Program-made: the position numbers and the translations under genes
Assembly: GCA_977017645.1 (NCBI GenBank)
Contig: OZ360223.1
Location: 209,002,001-209,066,000, forward strand
Origin: Torpedo marmorata
Taxonomy: Eukaryota
DNA: 64,000 bases
Reading direction: 5' to 3'
Part shown: positions 13,586 to 27,784 of the stretch, in pieces
Layout: each line of letters begins with the position of its first letter
How positions within the stretch are numbered: the stretch's first letter is position 1
Notes under the pieces: model-generated
What the model was told of the DNA's origin: nothing
Databases searched by the model: none
Seen by the model: the letters and a program-made list of their open reading frames with translations, nothing else

Positions 13586-15206
13586 AGCTGGGTATTATTG
13601 TGGAGTTAGAAATGAGTGTTCTGATTGATGTTGCAAATGTGTTGTCAGAAACTTTTCTCTGCCTCAGTTTTGCACAGAAATGTAAAGGGGACAAAGTTTA
13701 CGATGGGTACTGCAATTCAATTTGAGCAGACTTCAGATTCATTAGAATAATGTGGAGAAATATGGTGGTGTGATAGAGCTTCAAAGCTGAGGCTGTGTTT
13801 ACAGAATTGATGAAGGGATAGCATATTGGGAAAGTGAAGACTATCTTGGGAGCAGCAGAGTTAATCGTGAGGGATAAAAGAGTAGCACCATTTATGTTCC
13901 AGTAATGACTGAATGAAAAGAATACCAAGCTTTAGTGTGGTCGCATCCAGCTGGAATGCAGTGCCAAGAGATAGGAAGAAGATGCAAGGATTAAGCATGT
14001 CAATTGCTCCAGACTTGTTAAGAAGGACATTTATCATAATCACATTGGATGTACTCTGAAGTGTTTAAAAAAAACTATTTTGTGCATCAGTGACTTGGCA
14101 ACAAGGATTTTTGAGCATTTCAGAAAAAATGAATTGAGAGGCAACAGCATATTTAAAGACCTTCAGGAGAAAAGGAAGTTTGGAAATGCAATAGTTTGTG
14201 AGGGAGAAGGGGTTGAGGTAGTTGGGTGACTGGCAGATTTAAAAGTAGGAGTAACAGCATCTGAGGAGAGATAACTTTTGGAAGCCAGGAAGAGCATGAA
14301 TTCAAAGTCTAATGGAAAGGAGTTGCTTTGAAAGTACTGACATTGAAAGTTTTGTTGGTAGTGATTACAGAGTCTCTGAAAGAGCTTGAAATACAGTGTA
14401 TGCAAGCATGGATGCTTGTGGCAATACCTGCACCATAGATAACCCAGGAAATGCTGGAAACTCAGGTCTGGCAGCATCTGCAAAAAGAGAAGTAGAGATG
14501 ACATTTCAGTCAAAATTGCTTCAGGAGATCCTGAAATATGCTGCTGAATATTTCCTGCATTTTCTGCTTGTTTTCATTTTTCAGAACTCACGGGCATTAT
14601 TTATCAAGAAAACAAGAGTCGTGTGATTAGAAGGGTTGAACCAAATTGCTCATTAAATGCTTTTTAGCACTGTCTTGCAAATCTGGTGGATTTGGAGCTG
14701 GCCCACTACATGGCAGAAGATACTTTCCCCAAATACCAGATAATACTCTCTACTTGTCTTTCGTCTCCATTCACCTCAACTGTACTTCTGTAGCTATTCA
14801 AACATTTCAATGAATCCATTCTGGATATGCCATTTCAGATTCCATAGCCCTATGCCAGCATTTTGGTTTACTGCGCTAAAGGCAACCATCCAAAGCTTGT
14901 TGCAGAATGTACAACAGTTGCTGGGGACAGACCAATAGATTTGTAAAGGTTGAATCTGCTCCCCTTTTGCAAGTGATCAGGAAACTAGAGTTGTGATCTT
15001 CTGCAATTGCTCATTTCTATTATATAAAGTCTGAAGATCAGTAAATGGTCCTTTGTGAGGGAAGAGAAGTCTGAATCAAAGCAGCATGTTAACATTTGTA
15101 GTGATTTAGATTTCTTTTTTTTTATCCACTTCTGAAATCTAGGCAATATTGACGGCAACATATTGAGGCTATACTAAATTCCAATGTATTACTATCTGTT
15201 TTATAG

Positions 15207-15259
15207 ATGTTTGAGGGGTTGAAGCCTTCGGACAAGTGCGAGAAACCTTTAGATTACAG
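15207..15259 (+). CDS. HECTD3: HECTD3 exon
   Basis: tag|..|gt; MFEGLKPSDKCEKPLDYR. Confidence 0.92.
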
Positions 15260-16269
15260 GTACTGTTTATTGATTTGAAAATTTGCAAAAATTGAACTTG
15301 GTCTAGGATTTTTCTAAATGTAGATAAAAAGCATTGTATCTCGGGCTTTTTGGCTAGCAATTAGTCATTTGATTGATGCACTATAATTGCAAACAACAAT
15401 GCTTTGTGTACTTTAAGGTCATACTTTGGCTTACAATTCTAAATTAGAGTTGCCTACATTATTTTTTGTTTAACTTAACCCTTCCTATTTGTTTTCTTCT
15501 TCGTTAGTGCTCTGCCACTGAGATGCATAATTACTCATTGCCTTTGTTGGTTCTGCTGTCAAAATGGGTGGATTTAATTTTGTTTACATCCTTGAAATCA
15601 ATTATTCTATTGCAAGATGCTAAAAGCACGCAATGCATTGACTTTTATTCCCCCTGCATTTATTATATTGCCATTCTATGGAATGGAGCTTTTGGATTTA
15701 GTCATTGCTTTCTCATTACTCCTTAACCTTCTCCCTTTCTTTATCAGTGAACTATTAAATGAAAATAAGAACAGAAGAGGGCACAAAATAGGAATCTCAC
15801 TGGCCTTTGTTGATTACAGATTTCTAAGCAAACAAATAAAGACCAACTTTATCAAAAAGTTGGCTATAAAAAGAGAATTTTAAAGGAAACACATAGCACT
15901 GAGAAGTTAAAATAACTAAATTAACTAATATTTGCATATTGCTTTTAGATTTTAGTAGAGGTATGCTTGCTTCAGTGGCCAATGATAGTTAGAAACGAGG
16001 TGGGAGGAGTTCCTGAGTACCTATCTGATTAACTATCTGTTTTAATATTCTTTTAGCAATCACTATAACAGGTTTGTCCCCTTTAAGTGGATCTCTGCAT
16101 TCAACATAATTGGAAAGCATTTTATTGCAGTGATGACAGTTCAACTATTTAATTTTTGAATAAGGTTGTTACTGGCGTTGAGTTTGACTGATCAAGTTTT
16201 TGTGAAATTTATCTTATAAACATATTAATCCAGAGAGTGCCTCTTTCCCTTTACCTAGCTAAGTACTTA

Positions 16270-19016
16270 CAGGGTGCTGTTTGGGAGGCTTTAAATAAGA
16301 ATGGTGTGGGAACAGGGACCTAAGAAGGGTAACTAACAAGAGAGAAACAAGGATAGAAATGAAAGAAAGAACAGTAGAGTGCAAAAGAGAACATGCGGAT
16401 ATCAAGGGCAAGAGACAAATAAGACTGCAGCACAAAAAAGGGGCAAGCTATTTAAAAATGGCTAAAAAGAAAGCCTGATTTTTTTGTAACTTGCTGCATG
16501 AAGCACTTATAATAAATAGAAGTGAATAGGCGTTATCTGATAACCACTACAGAAATATGGTTGCAAGCATTTCAAAGCTGGAAACCTAATATTCAGGGCT
16601 ATTTGATTTTTGGGATGGACAGGCAGGAAGGAACAGTTGGTGGGGTCGCACTATTAACTTGATATAAAACAAGTATATTTGTAAGAGATGATGTAGGCTT
16701 AGAAAAAGTTGGGTCCATTTGTGTGAGGTTGAAGAAGGGCAGAGAAAATAAGTCACTTGAGAGGAGTGTTTATTGACCCCCAATATGGCCACACTGTCGA
16801 TAAGGGTGCAAATCAATAAATGAGAGTGTGATAGAATTTTGTCTAAAGTTTGCAAGGGAGAAACTTGGATTGGAAATGGCTCTGTTTAACTTAAATAAAG
16901 ATAATTACATTCTAATGATGTCAAAGTTGACTAAAGTAGACTTGGCTGATAGATTATCAGGCAAGATGATCTATCAGCCTAGTCTACTGTTAAGTAAATC
17001 AGACATTAAGAAGATAATTTATGACACTCAGCAAAATTGTATCCCAGTAGGGAGGAAAGATTCATAAGGAAGAGATGAACCAGCCATGGATTGGAGGGTA
17101 GTAAGTTAAAAGAGAAAAAGAAATAAGGAGGCAAGCTATAGCAGCAGATCTAAGGAGAGATAAATTCACAACCCAGCTAAAACCACAAAAAAGATAATAG
17201 AAAATAAACTAAGGGTAAACTAGCAAGGAATGTAAAAACTGACAGCAGGATTTTGTGTAGGTACATAAAAAGGAAAAGGGAGGTCCTGGTAAATATTTTA
17301 GAGAATGAAGTTGCTGAAATAGTTATGGGAAGCAATGAAATGTCAGAAGAGGTAAACAGCTATTTTGTGTCTGTCATTCTGATAGAAAATACTGTGAACA
17401 TCTATTTATACTGAATAATTTTGAGGAGGAAATAAGTACCATCACTGCCATGAGAGAAAAATAGTTTAAGGCAAACTTAATGGGGCTGAGGAGGCCCCTA
17501 GCTCACTTGGCTTTACCCTGAAACCCTTGAAGATTTGCTACCACGATAGTGGATGCATTTCAAAAATTCTTCTATTTCGGAGAAGTGTGAAAAGATTCGA
17601 AAACTGCCAGTATCACACCCTGTTTAAAAAAAAAGGGATGGAGACAAAAAGTAGGTAACTAAAGCTAATTGACCTAATATCTATTGTTGTAAAAATCATA
17701 GAATCAAATAAGGAAATCTACTTGATTGACTCTATCTAATTCAGTTGAGTCAGCTTCGTGAAAGGGGAATCATAGTTGTCTTGACCAAAGTAGATAGAGG
17801 GGATCCAGTAGATGTATTATATTTCTACTTCCAGAAGGCATTTGACAGGCACTTCATAAAAAGCAGGATCATAAGACAAGAAAGAGCCCATTGTGTCGGA
17901 GGTAACATTGGTGTGGATGGAGAATTGGCTAACAGGCAGGAAACAGCAAGTTGGGGATAGGGATGTCTCTTGCAGGTTGGCAACATTTCCCAACGGGGCA
18001 CTGCTGAATTCCGTGCTGGGACTACAACTGTTTGCAATCTCTGTTAATGACTCGGAGGATGAAAGTGAATAAACAGTTGTGAAATTTGCGAACCCCACAC
18101 CAAACAAAAATAGATTGAAAGGTATCTTTGAGGAGGGGGCAAACAGAAGAATATTGAGAGATTACATGAGCGGGCAAGCTCTTGAGAATATAATATTGGA
18201 AAGGGTGAAGGTCACTTTCGAAGAAAGAACAAAAAAATATTCAAATAGAAAAAAGTTTCAGAATGTTGCAGGACGTTCATGAGATAAGAAAGAGCCCATT
18301 GTGTCGGAGGTAACATTGGTGTGGATGCAGGACAAGGGATTTGAGGAGTCTTTGAACATGAAACACAAAGTAGTCACACAAATGTGGCAGCTAATGGGGA
18401 AAACGAATGCAATATACTGTATGTGCATATTTCAAGGGGGGGTGTTGGGCATCGAAGTAAGGAAGTCTTGCTAGCATCTTATACATTTGCAAAGAGACTA
18501 TGCCTATTTAAGGAAAGATATTATCTCATTGGAGATGGTTCAGATGAGGTTCATTGGGATGAGCCTGGGTATGGAGGGACAGTCCTATGAGGAAAAGTTA
18601 AACAGCCAAAGACTTTATTCATTTGTATTTAGAGGAATGAGAGACAATTGCATTGAAACATTTAAGATCTTTGGGGTACTGAACAGAGTAAATAATAAGA
18701 TGTTTTTCCTCATGAAGGAGTCCAGAACCAGGAGGTATGTTCTCAGAATATGTGCACCCATTTAAGATAGAGATGAGGAAGAATTTCTTCCCTCAGATGG
18801 TTGTGTCTTTGGAACTCCTTATCACAGAGAACTGTGGGTGCCAAGTCCTTGAATATTTTAAGGCTGACAGATTTCTAATCGAGGAATGTGGGGAAAGTGT
18901 AAGAAAGCATGCTTGAGGAATTTCAGATCATCCATTATCCTATTAAACAGTGGAGCATGATGGAACAGGCTAGAGTGGCTGAATGCCCTACTCCTGTTTC
19001 TATTTTCTATGGTCTT
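16270..19016 (+). mobile_element. Old degraded CR1 LINE (boundaries approximate)
   Basis: APE/RT remnants (MIEF, VDRGDPVDVLYFYFQKAFD) and CR1 3' end CTCCTGTTTCTATTTTCTATGGTCTT. Confidence 0.75.
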
Positions 19017-19081
19017 AATTTTGAAATGCAAACTCAAATATACAATGCAAAAATAACCTTCAGCAGTTTTAATTTATTTGA

Positions 19082-19312
<231 letters not shown>

Positions 19313-19871
19313 TGAAATTACCGTAGGTATAAATTAGTGAGCTATGTATGAAAAGAAAACCCAATAATTAGAAAGCACAATCTTACTGAACAGTTTAACT
19401 TAGAGCATAAGCCATCAGTGAACCAGTCTATCCGCAATGGGCATCTCTGTAAATGAATTGTTTATTGTCACGTGTACAGAGATACAGTGAAAAATTGTGT
19501 GCATGCTATCCAGGCAAGTTAACCTATACATAATACAACAAGTAGAGAGTAGAATGATTATAATGAATTGAGGATCTGCAAGGAACAGTTGCAAAAGTTG
19601 CCATGCTCCAGTGCCATTTTGCATTGTATATTTTTTTCTTTAATGATTTATATTCTGCTTTAAGTTGAACTTTATTTCACATATTTCATAATATCAGCAT
19701 TGAATGATTGTGATTCAATTGCAAAACAATTATGTCTCGTGCTAAAGTCATTAATAGATGAAAAATGCACAAACTGTTTCATAAGTAGTTAGGCAAATGT
19801 TAAAATTCAACATTAATAATTACTTAAAATTAGACTGACTTTTTAAATGGACCATCTTTTTAAACCAACAG

Positions 19872-19975
19872 GTGGTGGATTCCGAGATAGTCTCTCTGAT
19901 ACCTCTGAAGAGCTTTGCCCAAGTTCTGGAGATAGTCCTGTCCCTTTGCCCTTTTTTGTAAGAACATCCAATCAG
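19872..19975 (+). CDS. HECTD3: HECTD3 exon (HECT domain)
   Basis: cag|..|gt; [34 protein letters not shown]. Confidence 0.95.
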
Positions 19976-20419
19976 GTTTGTTTAAAGAGATGTTTGGTGA
20001 AAATAATTTCATAGGGTTCTTATGATTTTTTTTTTCATCTCCTCTTGAAGGCATGAACGTGCAGAAGTGTGTTTCCCTCTGGTTGTAAAGTACTTGGTTG
20101 GCATGTGGTTGTGGAAATTGCTCTGTAACCATCAGGTCTATCTGTGGCATCCTTTGGCGAGAGTACAAAATTCACAGTAATAGCAGCATGTCCTGAAATA
20201 AGTTGGACAGCTGCTGTGATAATTCCTTAAATTCCTTGGAGGCCTACAAGCTGTATTCTAAAAAGTCTTATCAATAATTACTACCGGTATGTGCATTTGT
20301 AGCAACTTGGTTGTTAAAATTAAGGCAGATGGAAAGGTTAACTTTGTAAATCACCAATATAATTGCATCACTAGGAAGCTCAATATGGGGTAAAGATGAT
20401 TCATTTGTTTTTGTTCCAG

Positions 20420-20539
20420 GGCAACCAAACTGGAGAAGCCAGAGATGTGTATGTTCCTAACCCATCCTGCAAAGAATTTGGAAAGTACGAATGGATAGGT
20501 CAGCTGATGGGGGCAGCATTACGAGGTCGAGAGCTTTTG
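20420..20539 (+). CDS. HECTD3: HECTD3 exon
   Basis: cag|..|gtaat; [40 protein letters not shown]. Confidence 0.95.
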
Positions 20540-21284
20540 GTAATAATTTTGCTTTTTTGTTTTCTCTATGTAAATCCTTTATTGTTTTATCAAAGGATTT
20601 TGATATGTTGTCATCAAAAGACATGTTTTGGAGAATTAAAGAATGTGTTTTTAAGGATGTCATTTTCCACATTGTACCACTGCAGCAAAGAAAATATGAG
20701 CAGGATTTGTGGAAAGCAAAACAGAGTTAATGTTTCAGATTGAAGACTTTTACTCTAGTTCTTTTTCTGTAGACACTGCTTGTCCTGTTGTGTTTTTGGT
20801 ATTTTCTATTTTTATTTCAGATTTCCAGCATCTATTGTGATTTGATTTGTTTTGTGTCTTGTACCATTGTATGTCTGGGAAAGGAGGTAGTGAAGCAGGA
20901 AAATACTAAAATCATTAAGCCAGTAATTTTGATCATCCAGCCTTGTAATTTCTGGAGAGGATCATGAGGTGGAAAGAGAGGTTCACGGAGAGAATCGTGG
21001 AGGCAGCTGAGGCAGATATTGGTGGTTGCTGGTACTGATTTGGGCAAATGATGAGGTTGATCAAGCAGATGATTAAGATTGGTTATTTGGAGGATAATTA
21101 GCAGCATGGAGTGAGTTGGGAATGGGGATGGTAACCATTAACAATGGAAAGAAGGCACCAACCTGGAGATAGATGGACTGTCTGGTATAGGGACATGTAT
21201 GTTGAACATCTTGCCAAAATAGGTTTTGTTCCTATGATTTTCATCTACCGGGTACTTTAGTATTCTTGCAAGCTAAGTGCAAAT

Positions 21285-22350
21285 GGTATCGATCTACACC
21301 ATCTACAAATTCGCTGACGATACCACAGTAGTGGGTTGTATAAAAAGGAGCAATGAGTCAGCATACAGGAGGGAGATTGAAAACTTGGCTGAATAGTGCA
21401 CCAACAACCACCTTGCACTTAATGTCACCAAAAACAAGGAGCTGATTGTTGACTTCAGGAAGGGAAAACCAGAGGTGTACGATCCTGTGATCATTGGAGG
21501 ATCAGAGGTGGGGAGGGTGAGCAAATTTTAAGTTCTTGAGAGTTACCTTCTCGGAGGATCTTTCCTGGACCCAGCACACTAATGGCATCGTGAAGAAAGC
21601 ATGTCAGCACCTCTACTTCCTCAGAGGTTTGTGGAGGTTTGGTATGACATTGGAAACCCTGTCAAATTTTTGCAATTGTGTGGTGGAAAGTGTGCTGACT
21701 GGCTGCTTCATGGTCTGGTATAGGGACACCAATACCCCTGAGCGTAAAGCCCTGCAAAAGGTACCAGACACAGTCCAGGACATCATAGGCAAAGCCCTCC
21801 CCACCATCGAGAACATCTACAAGGAATGCTGCCGTCGGAGGGCAGCAGCAATCAAGGATCCACATCACCCAGCACACGCTCTGTTCTCGCTGCTACCATC
21901 AGAAAAGAGGTATAGGTGCCACAAGACTCGCACCACCAGGTTCAGGGACAGCTGCTACCCCTCCACCATCAGACTCCTCAACAACAAACTCAATCAGGGA
22001 TTCATTTAAGGACTCTTACTTTTGCACTTTATTGATTTTTTTCTCTTTGTATTACACAGTCAGTTTGTTTACATTTCTTTGTTTACAAGGTACATGGATG
22101 GGAGGGGTATGGAGGGCTATGGGCTGGGTGCAGGTCAGTGGGACTAGGCAGAAAAATGGTTCGGCACAGACTAGAAGGGCCGAAGGGGCCTATTTCTGTG
22201 CTGTAATTGTCTGTGGTTCTATGGTCTATGTGTACGTTGAGTAGTTTTTTTTTCACTACCAATATGTGGTAATCTTGCCTCGCCCATAGGAAAAAGAATC
22301 TCAGGGTTGTATGTAATATCATCTATCACTCTGACAATAAATCTGAAATC
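21285..22350 (+). mobile_element. Rex1/Babar-like LINE 3' part (second subfamily)
   Basis: KFADDTTVVG RT motif; LYFLRGL; HHPAHALFSLLPS; tail GACAATAAATCTGAAATC. Confidence 0.85.
22091..22228 (+). mobile_element. CR1 3'-end fragment nested in the Rex 3' UTR
   Basis: GGGCCGAAGGGGCC..GTGCTGTA..TTCTATGG tail; same family as 54295-54747. Confidence 0.7.
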
Positions 22351-22474
22351 AATGTATCCAGCAGATTCTGGACAGTATTTATAACATTGCCAGTAATGAA
22401 TTTGGCCTGTAGTAATCTCAAACCTGAGATGCAAGCTTAACCTAGGCTAATGAGAGCATTGCATGTGTTGTTAG

Positions 22475-22603
<129 letters not shown>

Positions 22604-23241
22604 TGATTGGTGTGCAAACCATGTTCTGAGAGATGGCTGTAGGAAGCTTGCTTGTATGAAGATACTTGGTCTTGTTTCAACTATGCAGTCCACTATACAC
22701 ACTGCAACTCTGGTGTCAAATATGCATGAATTGTGCACTTTGTCTCTGAATCTTTGTTTTGAATCCTGACGTCGTTATTAGTCTTGATCATCACAGCCAG
22801 AGGGGTAAAAAGTAATTTGAATGGAATTTAGGACATTTTCGTCAATAATTAGCACATTTTATCACCTATAAATACAAAATATTTCAGATGATTTACTGTT
22901 GGCACATGAAGTTGATCTCCAAACTACTTAAGAAATCAGTGCATTTGACAAGGTTTAAGTCAAAGTGGATGGTTCTCACAAGCACTCTAAAAGAGGGGAG
23001 AGAGAGAGATTGATTTTATCTGGAAAAACCTGTAATATACCCCTTTTAAAGACAGTAACCTTTTGTTCAGGTAGTTCACAGAATTATTACAGCTGCTATT
23101 TTTCTGCAGTTTCTTCAGGCAAAGCACTTGCTCTTTACACTACTATCTTATTAATTATTTTGACAGTTCTACATTATTTTGCTCTCTGCACCAAAATGTG
23201 ATACTGTACATTATATAGAAGTACTGTATTACTTTTGGTAG

Positions 23242-24085
23242 TGTTACAAATTCAAACCAGCAACAACAGAAGACGCAACGCAAAAGGGGTAAAATTGAAA
23301 TTTATATTTATTAAAGACAATTAAACATATAATTAAACACTATTCTTATCTAAAAGGTGTGTGTGTGTGTGTGTGTAAAGCCCAGACCATTACAGTCTGT
23401 GCCCAACCCTCATGTAAAAATGGAAAAACTTTCCCCAAAAACCCCAGGTCAGTCATAAAAACAAGTCAGTCAGAAAAATAATACAGTCCACAAAAATTCA
23501 CTCTCTAAGTTCAGGATCCAAATTCAGCTCTGTGTGCTGGCCAGAAGGACTTCTCAATGAACGTTGGAGAGAGACAATGACTGTTTATGCTTACGAATAC
23601 TTGGCTTGTTTTTCTTCTCTGATGACTTTCCCTTTTGGTAGAGATTCACGAGGATTGCGATTCCAAATCAGTATACCACTGATTGAGGCGTGTACTTGGA
23701 TCTCACAGCTGGTCTCGCTGATCTCACGCCTGTTCTCCACAAAAGTTGCTTTAACTCAGGATTTTGCTGAGACAGGAGGCCATGTGCTATTCTCCCAGCC
23801 TTTTTCCCTGGGATGCACAAGCCTGGATTTTGCTGTGTTCTCCAGCCTTTGCAACTCCAAAACTGAATGCTTTTTGCAGAGGTTTGCACCTGCATTTGCA
23901 AAAGTGCAACAAAGTATCTTTTCCACAGCCTGTCTCTCTGGTCTCTCTCTCTCTCTCTCTCTCTGGGTACACCAAGTCCTGGGCAAGTTAACTCTTTCAG
24001 TACCTGGTCCCAGTGTGTACTCCAAAAGACTTCATCCTTCCTGCTGACCGTCCGCAGTCCAAATAGTCAATCATGGTCCATAACA
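23242..24085 (-). mobile_element. Solo LTR of the Gmr1-type element at 60026
   Basis: TGTTA...TAACA ends; 4-bp TSD GTAG on both sides; reverse complement resembles 60026-60891 along its length. Confidence 0.92.
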
Positions 24086-24353
24086 GTAGTTTAAATTCAA
24101 AACAGCTAGTGGTCTCCAGATTTGTGGTGCATACAAGTTGTCACAAGTTATTCATCTGGTGGAAATGTGGATCTGCAGTCTATTCAGAATTTTAAAAGCA
24201 ATAATGTGGATGCAGATTAACTGGAGCACTGTTTTACTGTAAGTTGCAGATGCAATAAGATACGAATTTTTGATGGGGGCAAGCACTCTATTTGGTGTAA
24301 ATTATCCATAAGCTAGAGTTTGGAACACTGCCAATTACATTTCTTCTGTGCAG

Positions 24354-24560
24354 GTGAAACTACTGGAAGCCATGGAAACAATGGACCAGGAGACATTTGA
24401 GTTTAAGTTTGGAAATGAGCTAACTTATACCACTGTACTCAGTGATCACTCTGTAGTGGATCTGAAACCTGACGGCAGTAACATAGTTGTTCAGTATGAA
24501 AATCGAATGGAGTTCATTCAACTGGTAAAGAAAGCAAAGCTGGAAGAGAACAAAGATCAG
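24354..24560 (+). CDS. HECTD3: HECTD3 exon
   Basis: cag|..|gtaac; [31 protein letters not shown]...[10 protein letters not shown]. Confidence 0.95.
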
Positions 24561-24918
24561 GTAACCTATAATGGTGGAGGAAAGGAAAGAACTTAAAGAG
24601 AGGGGGGATCAGTGTAGAAATGCTGGAAAAACTGCTTCATGAAATGTATTTGTACTTTTGTAAACAAATGTCTCGTGCACTGTATTCCATACAGGCAAGT
24701 GACCTAATTTCAGCCCATTGTGAGTTGCAACTAATTGAGGGAAATTTTACTCCAGGATGTGCTGGCTTAATTTGTTTAATTTTTTTGCCTTCAATACTGA
24801 AGAAGGCATGTTGATCTACTGCCCCTTGGATGGCAAACGCATGGCAGGTTTAACAACGGTAAATTAAAATGTACTTTCAAGATGTTTAGCTTCTTTATGA
24901 GCATCTATATATGCACAG

Positions 24919-25706
24919 TGTTACGTCGCAGACCAGCAGCAATTGAAATTCACCAAGACAGTGTTATATTTTCTTTTACAACAATATATTTATAAATAAC
25001 TACTAATAATATAACATATTAATTAACTTAACCCCAACTATGCGCATATACTTATGTGTGTGTGTGTGTGTGTGTGGGATACCCAAACCATTACAGCTTA
25101 GGCACAATTCTGGAAAGTCATTCCAAAGTTCAGTCTTAGAAATCCTGTGTTGAAACGCCGACTCTTAAATTGATGCACAGAAGTAATGATGAAGGAGGTG
25201 GGAGAGACTGAGTGACTTGACTGCTGAAAACTCACGAATCCTTGACGAGTTGCTTGCTGAGAAATATCCTTTCAGACGAACGGTTGTCACAACTCCCCTT
25301 TTTCTTGCGTAGGGGAAACGAAACGTGTGACTTCCACGATACTTCCAATACCCTGATATGGGTCAATCAAAGTGACCTTTCCTTTGGTCACGGTGTGGTT
25401 CAGTAATTCCCCTGACAGGGAGAATCAGCTGAATTGTCCATTTCACACAGAGTCACTCCACCTCAGTGTTCATCAGATGGCTGGAGGTCAATAATGTCCT
25501 GTCTCTTCAGTGTTCCACTCACATGACTCTCTCACCACCTGTGTTCCTGGATAAAGCAACAAATGTTCTTTCTCTTCCTCCAGAGTATCAACTTTGTACT
25601 AATCTGTACTAATTGTTGCCACCAGTCTCTCCACAGCTGTGAATGGTTTTGGCCTGTACTAGCCCTTAAAGTGATATTACATTAAATAAAACGTGAGATC
25701 GTAATA
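24919..25706 (-). mobile_element. Solo LTR, second gypsy-like family
   Basis: TGTTACG...CGTAATA (terminal CA mutated); TSD ACAG at 24915-18 and 25707-10; layout like the 23242 LTR (ACCAGCA, (TG)n, ACCATTACAG). Confidence 0.8.
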
Positions 25707-25749
25707 ACAGCTTGCAAAATCTCTGACAGGTGCTTGACGTCTGTTACAG

Positions 25750-25879
25750 ATTCAGTCAATGCGGGCTGGCCTACTGAAGGTGGTTCCCCAAGCTGTTCTT
25801 GATCTACTGACTTGGCAGGAACTGGAGAAAAAAATCTGTGGTGACCCTGAGATCACAGTGGAAGCTTTGAAACGTTTAA
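25750..25879 (+). CDS. HECTD3: HECTD3 exon
   Basis: cag|..|gtgagt; [43 protein letters not shown]. Confidence 0.95.
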
Positions 25880-26886
25880 GTGAGTACAAAGTGTCTGTCT
25901 TCCACACTGTAGTTATTTTCTTTCATTTTCATTTACTCCTATATACAGTATGTTGAGTGCTAGTGCAAGTTGTGGATGAAAATGAACATATCATTTAGTG
26001 TGTTTTTTTTTAATCAGGGATTTTTTTCTTTCTTACTTTCCAAGACCAAGCTTCCTTTTGACCACACAGACGAGCAAAAATGGCAGCCAGGGAGGCTTGA
26101 ATATGGATGCCACCAAAAATAGAACATCCCCCAGAGAGACCTGATATGACATTATATCTCGTGCTTCAGTATTGTAGTTGTAGAAGTTGTATCATAGAGT
26201 TATACAGTTTGTTTAGCTAGAAGCTCAGAGATGACTGAGGAGAAATGGTGAGGAACTGCTTCCCACAATCCTGTGCACGATTTAACAGTCTGTTTCAGTC
26301 TGTGATGATGAGCTATGGTTGAATTCCACCTAGAGGAGCTGCTGCTTTGGGTCTCTGCACAGTTTTGGTGAAAGATATGCAGTCCAGAGAATATTGAATG
26401 AAGTTTAACTGTTGATATTTCATGCAGATCTTTTTGAATTGGCACAGAGTATGGAAATGAAGCAGCAACAGCCCGTGTATTGAAGGTGTATGCATGGACT
26501 TTCAGTGCTAAGTATTACCAATTGTTCTTGATCATATAGTTGTCAAAGACCTATTAAGTATATTTGTCACTTAGTACAGTGAGAAGGGGTCTTCTGCAAA
26601 CAGATTAAGAGGTTATCTCTAACATCACAGTTTCGAGCACACTTTACAGAGTATAGGATTACAATGATAAGGAAGGTCAATTAGCACTAAGCAAGGGCAG
26701 CAAGAGAGCACTGTTATGTAGTTCCTTCAGGAGCCTGATGGCTGCAGGGTAGAAACTGTTGTTAAGCCAGTTGGTGTGTGTTCTCACTCTCTTAAGCATG
26801 GTAGACCAGAATCATTCAAATGCAGGGAATCATCGGCTTGATTCAGGGGTTTGGTTGAGTTAGCTAATTGCGATGTGGCAACAGTA

Positions 26887-27784
26887 GCCCTTTTCACACT
26901 GGCTAACCAGTAAATTGGCCGTTCAGTGTCCAGGTTAAGGAAGCCGTTCACACTGGGCCAATGTTAACCGGGACACTGCGTCCTTTCACACTCATCACAA
27001 GGCATCCCCGGGGATCGGGGAGTCTATCTTCCACCGGTGACGTCTGAGTGACGCATCGAGCGATGGTGGACCTGCCCTAAATCCTGATCAATGTATTATG
27101 ATCTTGTAATAAAACAAAATTAATCATGCCTAATTATAACATAATTAAGCATTATGTACAGCATAGTATGAGCCCTTCAGCCCCTGTTGTTGTGCCGATC
27201 TATATAAACCTTTATAAAGGACCGTGGGAAAGTTGTAGCTGCAATAGCGGACAATTTATAAAGACCGCGGGAACAATAGCGCACAATTTATAAAGACCGT
27301 GGGAAAGAGCAATGGCGGACCTGCCCTCCCAGAATTCCGTGCGGCAGAGAAAGGGCTGTATGCACGGAGCACTCATGGAGGGGTTTCTCTGCCGCATGGA
27401 ATTCTGGGAGGGCAGGTCCGCCATCGCTTTCTCTCTCTCTATCTCCCGCTGCGACTTTTCCACGGTCCTTTAGAAATTTATAAAGTTTATGTAGGTTGGC
27501 AAAGTTTATACCTTTTTAATCTTTTGTTTCCTTCACGTTCCTGCACTCTCGCAAAATCATCATCAACGCGTCACCACTTTGTCCCTGGATAGCAAGTGTC
27601 CTTTTCACACTGGGCTAATCGGCACGCAGGCATCCGTTGACGCTGGGGATGAGAGTAGGGGTCTAGGCCGTCCATCCCCGGCGTGATTTGATGCCTGCGT
27701 GCCGATTCTGGAGCGTTCACACTGGACCCTTAACCGGTAAATTGGCCGTCAATTACTAGGACAAGGTGCCAGTGTGAAAGGGGC
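26887..27784. mobile_element. PIF/Harbinger-like MITE
   Basis: TIRs GCCCYTTTCACACTGGC flanked by TA on both sides; internal TTCACACTG motif repeats; internal palindrome. Confidence 0.8.

Noticed and set aside
13590-14360. Possible old L2/CR1 fragments
   Set aside because: Too decayed to assign family or boundaries by eye.
23532-24094. Cluster of overlapping ORFs, mirrored at 60008-60450
   Set aside because: Non-coding LTR sequence with a (CT)n tract; no recognisable domain.
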